From assembly GCA_030950825.1 (NCBI GenBank), contig JAUZQT010000163.1, positions 1 through 39,225 of the forward strand: a stretch of DNA of 39,225 nt. The letters run 5' to 3'. The notes beneath the pieces are model-generated. The model saw nothing but the letters and a program-made list of their open reading frames with translations. It was not told the origin of the DNA and ran no database searches. Numbering within the stretch: the first letter of the stretch is position 1; the number at the start of each line of letters is the position of its first letter. This DNA is from Mariprofundaceae bacterium (GTDB taxonomy: Bacteria; Pseudomonadota; Zetaproteobacteria; Mariprofundales; Mariprofundaceae). The translations under genes were made by a program, and so were the position numbers. Shown here piece by piece: positions 33,570 through 39,225 of this stretch.

Positions 33570-36064
33570 TGAACCTCCAGTAATGATAATCCAACCACTG
33601 GCCACCAGTATGTAGAGACCAACATAAACAACACCAACGATGATACAGACAAAATCGCACCATATCGCAGCATACTACCGCCATTTAGGTAGCCACTGGC
33701 ATAAATCATAGCATTCGGTGGTGTACTCATCGGCAGCATAAAAGCAAAACCAGCCACAATGCCAATGGTTAAAGCCACGCCCACAGGATCAAGCCCTGCC
33801 GCCATACCCACAGGCATGGCAATAGGCAATACAATCGCCACTGCCGCCGCATTGCTCACACCCTCTGTAAAAAGCAGCGTCATCAGCACCAAAAAACCAA
33901 CCAAAGCCAAGCCCACTATATCCCCAGGAATCAAGCTATCCGCCAACCACACAGCCGCACCTGTATCAGAGAGCGCTTTGCCAATAGCAATCGCACCGCC
34001 ATACATCAACACCACACTCCATGACACATGCTGCTCAATCGCTTTCCACTCCACCAGTCGCAGCACAAACATCAAAACCACCGCAATCAAGGAGATACTG
34101 GCCAGCGTATTCGCATGCCCTGCCAGCATCCATGCCAATACCGTGGATAAAAGCAGGATCGCCATCAACCAGCCTTTGACACCCAATCCGCCCAATTCCA
34201 AACGACGCTGGGCAAAGCGGTTTCGTACCTGATCCAAATCCAATGACACCGATGCAGCCATGCGCATCAATAAGTACAGGGCAACCGATAATACGCCAAT
34301 CACCAATGGCAATGCTGCCAAAGTCCACTCTAAAAATGAAAAGGATTGACCCGTAAGCTCACTACTCAAGGCCAAAGCCAAAGGCCCACGTGCTCCACCA
34401 AGCAAGGTAGTCACACCGCCAATAATGGCTCCCCATGCCAGTGCGAAAAAAATTGCTTGGGCATAAATATGACCTTTTTTCAAATCCAAACTACGCACAA
34501 TTTCCCAGGCTATCGGCAAAAACAATGCCGCCACGGCGTGCTCTGGCATCACACAGGCCATCAAGGCCGGCAACAATAACATCGCGCATAAAAGTTGCTT
34601 GGGAGTATTGGCTACGCGATCCAACATCGCCAAGGCTACACGCTCAGATAAACCGCTTTGCATCACCCCTGCAATCAACATAAAGGCACCAAGAATAAAA
34701 AACACCGCTGGATTGCCAAATAGTGCAAACACATCGGCGGCTGGCATCACCTCCAAAAGCGGTAATAATGCCATACCCAATAGGGATGTAATGGCCAGCG
34801 GCAACAGCTGCGTCACCCACAACACCAAACACAATAAAAAAACCAGCAAGGCATGCCAGCCCTCCGAGCTTAAACCTTCAGGCGCGTTGGATAGAACCCC
34901 CACGAAAAAAGCCAAAACAACCACAAACATGGCGGCAAACGGTGCGGCTTCCGCAGCCAACACACGGTGAAAAGGTCGACGATCAGATTTTTCGCCCTTA
35001 CCAACCCGCAAATGCCTGCGAAAGCTATCTTGCCAACCAGCCCAGCGCCTGCCAAACGATGAAACCACCCAGCGCTCGGATAAAGCAGGCTGCTCACCAT
35101 CCAAAACACGGCTTTCCATCGGTGTTAATACACGCCCCATATCACGCAAACGATGGGTAGGCAAACCTGATGTTTCCAATAACTGATACTGCAATAATAG
35201 GGCTTTCTCAACATCATCCAACGATGGTATTTTTACATCTTGTAAAGGTGTTCCAGGCAAAGGTCGAAAGGGAATCAATAATGGTACAATGCCTTTATCC
35301 ACCAAACTTCTCAAGCCATCTAGGGTTGATTTCAATGGCTCCAGCCCTACAATCAAATGGCTTACCACTGCTCCTGAGCGAAAAACTTTACGCGCATGCT
35401 CTAATGCCTGCCAAATAGCATCCTGACCACCCTGTTGCTGTTTACCTGGGCAAATCTCTGTAAAACACTCCCCATCAAAAACTTCCAAGTTACAAATAAA
35501 AATATCCAAACCCGCTGCATACAAGGCATCAATCACACTGACATCTTTCGGTGCAACCGTTTCTAGGGCAATCTGACGGTGCCCCAAATGCCTGCGGAGC
35601 AAGGCAATCACAGGAATTAAATCCGATAATCCAGCATGATCATTGGCACTGAAACCATTGTACAAGTAAACGGTATCAATTTCACGCTCATTCAAAGCAG
35701 CCAGAACAACTTCAACCAATTCCAAGGCATCACGCAATGGCGGTTTCTCTTCATTCAACATCGAATCAAACTGGCAATAGCCACATGCTTGATTTTCTTG
35801 CGCAAAAAAACCACAGCCCATAAACGGCTGCAAAATCAACAAACGGTCATGCAGAGAAGCAAAACTTCCCATTCGGGAGCCCTTACGTGTCAACTTACTA
35901 TAAAAAGTAGGGGCTTCAACCAGCTCAACTGTTTCCGATTCCCCACCACAGGACATGACAGCCATGCCATTATCCCCTACCTTTAAAGAAAAGCCACTGG
36001 CTTCTGTATACGGCTGACCAACGGGTACCGAACAAAAGTGCCCACTGGGCAGGCGTAAATCCAA
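33566..36064 (-). CDS. Fusion protein: N-terminal Fe-S/radical-SAM-like soluble domain (~350 aa) + C-terminal DASS/SLC13-type anion (putative sulfate) permease
   Basis: One uninterrupted ORF. N-terminal part has CGFFAQENQACGYC (C-X9-C-X2-C) and beta/alpha-like periodicity. C-terminal part has >10 TM helices, GNPAVFFILGAFMLIAG and MSTPPNAMIYASG DASS hairpin motifs. Start uncertain: TTG 36064 without RBS, versus ATG 35965 preceded by GGTAGGGGA. Confidence 0.7.
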   Translation of the reverse strand: MDLRLPSGHFCSVPVGQPYTEASGFSLKVGDNGMAVMSCGGESETVELVEAPTFYSKLTRKGSRMGSFASLHDRLLILQPFMGCGFFAQENQACGYCQFDSMLNEEKPPLRDALELVEVVLAALNEREIDTVYLYNGFSANDHAGLSDLIPVIALLRRHLGHRQIALETVAPKDVSVIDALYAAGLDIFICNLEVFDGECFTEICPGKQQQGGQDAIWQALEHARKVFRSGAVVSHLIVGLEPLKSTLDGLRSLVDKGIVPLLIPFRPLPGTPLQDVKIPSLDDVEKALLLQYQLLETSGLPTHRLRDMGRVLTPMESRVLDGEQPALSERWVVSSFGRRWAGWQDSFRRHLRVGKGEKSDRRPFHRVLAAEAAPFAAMFVVVLAFFVGVLSNAPEGLSSEGWHALLVFLLCLVLWVTQLLPLAITSLLGMALLPLLEVMPAADVFALFGNPAVFFILGAFMLIAGVMQSGLSERVALAMLDRVANTPKQLLCAMLLLPALMACVMPEHAVAALFLPIAWEIVRSLDLKKGHIYAQAIFFALAWGAIIGGVTTLLGGARGPLALALSSELTGQSFSFLEWTLAALPLVIGVLSVALYLLMRMAASVSLDLDQVRNRFAQRRLELGGLGVKGWLMAILLLSTVLAWMLAGHANTLASISLIAVVLMFVLRLVEWKAIEQHVSWSVVLMYGGAIAIGKALSDTGAAVWLADSLIPGDIVGLALVGFLVLMTLLFTEGVSNAAAVAIVLPIAMPVGMAAGLDPVGVALTIGIVAGFAFMLPMSTPPNAMIYASGYLNGGSMLRYGAILSVSSLVLFMLVSTYWWPVVGLSLLEVQ

Positions 36065-36070
36065 TGTTGA

Positions 36071-36199
36071 TTAGGCACTATTGGATTGCGCCAACCAACG
36101 CGAGCTATTGGGCAGGCCATCGGGCAGAGCTAGACCACGGCTCACCAAAGAAAGCTTGGTGCGCCCTGGATTGGAAAAAGGGTGAAGGTCGTTAGTCAT
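36071..36199 (-). other. 42-codon ORF in frame with the downstream fusion gene, separated from it by one TAA
   Basis: ATG 2 nt after the sir stop encodes MTNDLHPFSNPGRTKLSLVSRGLALPDGLPNSSRWLAQSNSA*. The TAA at 36073-36071 is followed in frame, two codons later, by the TTG of the 832-aa ORF. No RBS seen. Confidence 0.25.
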
Positions 36200-36201
36200 G
36201 G

Positions 36202-38544
36202 TTAGATTTGAGAGATCTTCTCCACAACAATGCGCCACTGGCGATCAGAAAGCTGCTCTTTGATATGCACCTTCTGGCCTTGCTCTTCCAAAGATAGCGG
36301 TACATTTTCAATCGGTGCGCCATCATCAAGAATCACTTCCAGTTGCGAACCAATAGCCATTGAAGATAATTTGATTTTCGTTTTTACAAAATTCATCGGA
36401 CAAGCCACACCCGATAAATCCAAAGTCAACACATCCGAAGAGGATTCGCTTTCAGCAACGACTTCCTCAGCCGCTTCACCAGCATCAGGCACAGCAGCAA
36501 AACGTTTATCGGCCAAGACAAGCCATGCGCCTTGCACGTCTTTTAGCTTGGTCACACCCGCCGCAGGCTCTGCCAAATCAATACTCATCAATGCACTTTG
36601 CACAGCATTAAAGCATTGCGTCACTTCGACATCACTACCCGCATGGCTCATCAACAAAGCAAATACTTCAGAGTCATCTTCAGGCGCTTCACCGTAAGCC
36701 ACTAAGAATGCACGTGCTGTAGAAATTGCAGAACGACGCAAGGCTGTTTGCGCTTCTGCCCAGAACATCGCATCGGTATGGGCGCGTGCAATCAACAACT
36801 CATATTCCGCTTCTGAAATCAAGGCATCCGACATCGAAAGTACTGCGCCTGCACATTCGCCTTTTTTATTGCCTTTGGTATTAAAGGCTTCGTTCTCACT
36901 CCAATCGTAAATCAGACCTTCCACTTCGCCCGCATCGGCTTTAAATGGTGCCAAAATATCAGACAGTCCTTCTTTACCCAAACGCTCAGCCCAGTCATGC
37001 ATTGTTTCAGTTTCGTTACGCCCATCTTTATAAGCGTTCAATACCGCAATACCTGCTTCTGGTGCATATTTGGCTGGCACCCACTCCGAAGCAAATGCAA
37101 ACGGTTGCCCCGCCACACCTGAGCCTCCAACATGCAATTGATAATGCGGCACTGGCTGACCTGCGACCTTCTTAGCCATACCATGAAAACCCAAGTCCGC
37201 AATATGATGACGACCACAAGAATGCTGGCAGCCCGATGCCTTCACCGTGATACCTGCCAAGGTTGGATCCTGTTTCAAATCAACCATGAGCGGTTGCAGA
37301 GCTTGTGCCAAACCGCGACTGGAAGTAATGCCCAAACGGCAGGTTTCAGTGCCTGGACAAGCCGTAATATCCGAAATGCCACGCGCAAATGAAGTTGGAA
37401 TACCCGCATTACCAAGCATTTCCACCACATCATCCACTCTTTCAGCATGCACACCGACAATAACCAGACCTTGCTCGGTGGTCACACGCAGCTCTTTGCT
37501 CGCTCCCAAACGTGCTGCTTCAGCTACTGCACGACACTGCAATGGTGTTAAATCACCACGGAACACATTCAATAAAATAGATTTCTTGCCATCATGCTGA
37601 TCCACCACACCACTTTCATTAAATGGCATCGCATCCGTCGGCGTACGCCAATTCGCGTCGCTAAAACCAGCATCATCCTTATGCGTGGATTCAATCACCG
37701 CACGTTGTTTTTTGTACTCTTCAATAAAGCCTTCCGTGCCAAGTTTTTGCATCACATATTTCATACGCGCACGGGCACGACGTTTGCGATCAGAGTACTT
37801 GAAGTGAATGCGCATCAATGCCTCGCCCACCAATAGTATCTCGGATTCTTCAATGAATTCTTCCAATAAAATCGCTTGTACAGGTTGTGAAGACAAGCCG
37901 CCCGCAGCCCAAACCTTAAAGCCAGCCTTGCCATCTTTATGCGTGGCAATAAAACCAATATCGTGCATACCGCCCAAACCGCAATCAGTATCACAGCCAG
38001 AAAATGTCACTTTAAATTTGCGTGGAAACTGCTGACCAAGCGGGTGACGCAAAAAATATTCCGCGAATTTACGTGCATGAATGCTCACATCGGCATGTTC
38101 AGCAGGGCAACGGCCTGCCAAAAAGCACGTCGTAACATTGCGCACGGTATTACCGCAGGCTTCACGCGTGGTCAGGCCGATCCCATCCAATTTACGCAAG
38201 AATGGAACCACATCATCCAGAGATACAAAGTTCACCTGAATATCCTGACGCGTAGTAATATGCACCACCTTCTCAGGTGGTTCCTTTAATGTGCCATCCG
38301 TTGGCAGGCAACCACCATAAGACTCAGCACAATCACCCAACACTTCAAGCTGTTCAGGTGTCAAGTTTCCGCCTGGCAACTTGGCACGAATCATCTGCAC
38401 GCCTTCCTGACGTTGGCCATAAACACCCATTTGCAGACGAAATGGTGTAAAGCGTTCCTCAGCCATGGTTCCAGCTTTAAAGGCTTTGTAACCAGCTTCA
38501 AATTCATCAACATCAGCCGTGTGTGCAAAATCAAATGTCGTCAT
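36202..38544 (-). CDS. sir: Ferredoxin-type assimilatory sulfite reductase (NirA/Sir hemoprotein) with C-terminal helical domain and TusA-like domain
   Basis: Siroheme-[4Fe-4S] motif TACPGTETCRLG...SGCQHSCGRHH and pseudo-repeat EACGNTVRN...SGCDTDCG. The last ~75 aa, LDLSGVACPMNFVKTKIKL...LEVILDD..., match the TusA/SirA fold signature. Confidence 0.85.
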   Translation of the reverse strand: MTTFDFAHTADVDEFEAGYKAFKAGTMAEERFTPFRLQMGVYGQRQEGVQMIRAKLPGGNLTPEQLEVLGDCAESYGGCLPTDGTLKEPPEKVVHITTRQDIQVNFVSLDDVVPFLRKLDGIGLTTREACGNTVRNVTTCFLAGRCPAEHADVSIHARKFAEYFLRHPLGQQFPRKFKVTFSGCDTDCGLGGMHDIGFIATHKDGKAGFKVWAAGGLSSQPVQAILLEEFIEESEILLVGEALMRIHFKYSDRKRRARARMKYVMQKLGTEGFIEEYKKQRAVIESTHKDDAGFSDANWRTPTDAMPFNESGVVDQHDGKKSILLNVFRGDLTPLQCRAVAEAARLGASKELRVTTEQGLVIVGVHAERVDDVVEMLGNAGIPTSFARGISDITACPGTETCRLGITSSRGLAQALQPLMVDLKQDPTLAGITVKASGCQHSCGRHHIADLGFHGMAKKVAGQPVPHYQLHVGGSGVAGQPFAFASEWVPAKYAPEAGIAVLNAYKDGRNETETMHDWAERLGKEGLSDILAPFKADAGEVEGLIYDWSENEAFNTKGNKKGECAGAVLSMSDALISEAEYELLIARAHTDAMFWAEAQTALRRSAISTARAFLVAYGEAPEDDSEVFALLMSHAGSDVEVTQCFNAVQSALMSIDLAEPAAGVTKLKDVQGAWLVLADKRFAAVPDAGEAAEEVVAESESSSDVLTLDLSGVACPMNFVKTKIKLSSMAIGSQLEVILDDGAPIENVPLSLEEQGQKVHIKEQLSDRQWRIVVEKISQI

Positions 38545-38690
38545 CTTGTTTTAACCTCTTAAATGAATGCCATGCTTCAGATTATTTCTGGTTTGTTCGA
38601 GTGCAAAGAGAAAACGCGCAGTGTGCTTTTGCACATGAGCGTTTTTGATGCAGCAATCGGACAAAACAGGGATAAGCTGAATTATGGCCG

Positions 38691-39224
38691 TTATTCGCCG
38701 AATTTTAGTTCGCAAGCTTGTTCGTATGTCACCAAGTCTGTAATCGTCGGATTATCACCACACAACGGACAGCCAGGGTCTTTACGCAACTTCAATTTTT
38801 TCCATTCCATGCGCAAGGCATCAAATACCATTAATTTTCCTGACAAGGAATCGCCAATAGCCAACAGTTCTTTAACCGCTTCCACCGCTTGAATCGTTCC
38901 GACAGCACCTGCCAATGCCCCCAAAATACCAGCTTCCGAACATGATGGAACCAGACCTGCTGGTGGTGGCTCAGGATACAAACAACGATAACAAGGCCCA
39001 TCTTTATGCACATGCGGTTTGTAGGTTGCGACTTGCCCTTCAAAGCGGAACATCGCACCAGAAATCAACGGCTTCTTCTCAAAATAACACGCATCATTCA
39101 CCAAAAAACGAGTTGGGAAGTTATCACAGCCATCGATAATCAAATCATATTCACGGATAATGTCGCGAATATTGTCTTCAGTAACAAAATAGTTATACGT
39201 ATTCACTTTCACATCAGGGTTCAA
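38691..39224 (-). CDS. ThiF/MoeB-family adenylyltransferase (E1-like), C-terminal part; N-terminus lies outside the window
   Basis: DGCDNFPTRFLVNDAC, CYRCLYPEPPP, SCSEAGILG and GCPLCG are typical of MoeB/ThiF. No rhodanese domain at the C-terminus. Confidence 0.85.
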   Translation of the reverse strand: MNPDVKVNTYNYFVTEDNIRDIIREYDLIIDGCDNFPTRFLVNDACYFEKKPLISGAMFRFEGQVATYKPHVHKDGPCYRCLYPEPPPAGLVPSCSEAGILGALAGAVGTIQAVEAVKELLAIGDSLSGKLMVFDALRMEWKKLKLRKDPGCPLCGDNPTITDLVTYEQACELKFGE

Positions 39225-39225
39225 C

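Noticed and set aside
33759-35160. Several plus-strand ORFs (157, 77, 82, 123 and 72 aa) inside the permease fusion gene.
   Set aside because: They are antisense shadows of a long membrane-protein CDS. The translations are Ala/Thr/Pro/Ser-rich with no recognisable motifs.
38563-38892. 109-aa plus-strand ORF between sir and the E1-like gene.
   Set aside because: It overlaps the 3' end of the well-supported ThiF/MoeB CDS on the opposite strand. It has no RBS or recognisable motifs. The region is more likely the sir promoter/leader.

Overview
Densely coding 39.2-kb chromosomal window from a Gram-negative (proteobacterial) genome. No rRNA, CRISPR array, prophage or integrase was seen.

Plus strand, 1-5.6 kb: a TSUP/TauE-type exporter, then rpmE-rplU-rpmA-obg-proB-proA.

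Accessory-looking stretch, 5.6-12.5 kb: a gene-free gap holding a MITE-like palindrome; a sensorless orphan histidine kinase; a RAYT-type (IS200-like Y1) transposase flanked by inverted REP-like sequences; a single-POTRA Omp85 protein; a stand-alone TrkA-N-like domain; an unknown secreted protein; and a small beta-barrel outer membrane protein.

Housekeeping stretch, 12.5-20.5 kb: trmFO-DUF4177-TM2, a GNAT, recN, nadK translationally coupled to a small membrane-anchored diheme cytochrome c, a 4-TM membrane protein, RNase R and tRNA-Leu(CAG).

Repeat mosaic, 20.6-23.4 kb, downstream of the tRNA: REP-like palindromes delimit three cassettes. These are hicAB, a Cyc2-type fused monoheme cytochrome-porin (candidate outer-membrane Fe(II) oxidase), and a small DUF1640-like ORF.

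Minus strand, 23.4-39.2 kb: gpmI, birA, nadC, a membrane protein, pnp and rpsO, then a sulfate-assimilation operon read as ThiF/MoeB-like E1, sir, a fused permease gene, cysH, cysD, cysN.

That operon is the most unusual part of the window. The ferredoxin-type sulfite reductase carries a C-terminal helical domain plus a TusA-like domain. The presumed sulfate importer is a DASS/SLC13 permease fused to a roughly 350-aa N-terminal Fe-S/radical-SAM-like domain. CysH has the APS-reductase cysteine signature, and no cysC is present.

The Cyc2 N-terminal motif together with trmFO suggests a Zetaproteobacteria-like iron oxidiser. This is inference only. All calls rest on reading the translated ORFs and the DNA by eye; no searches were run.
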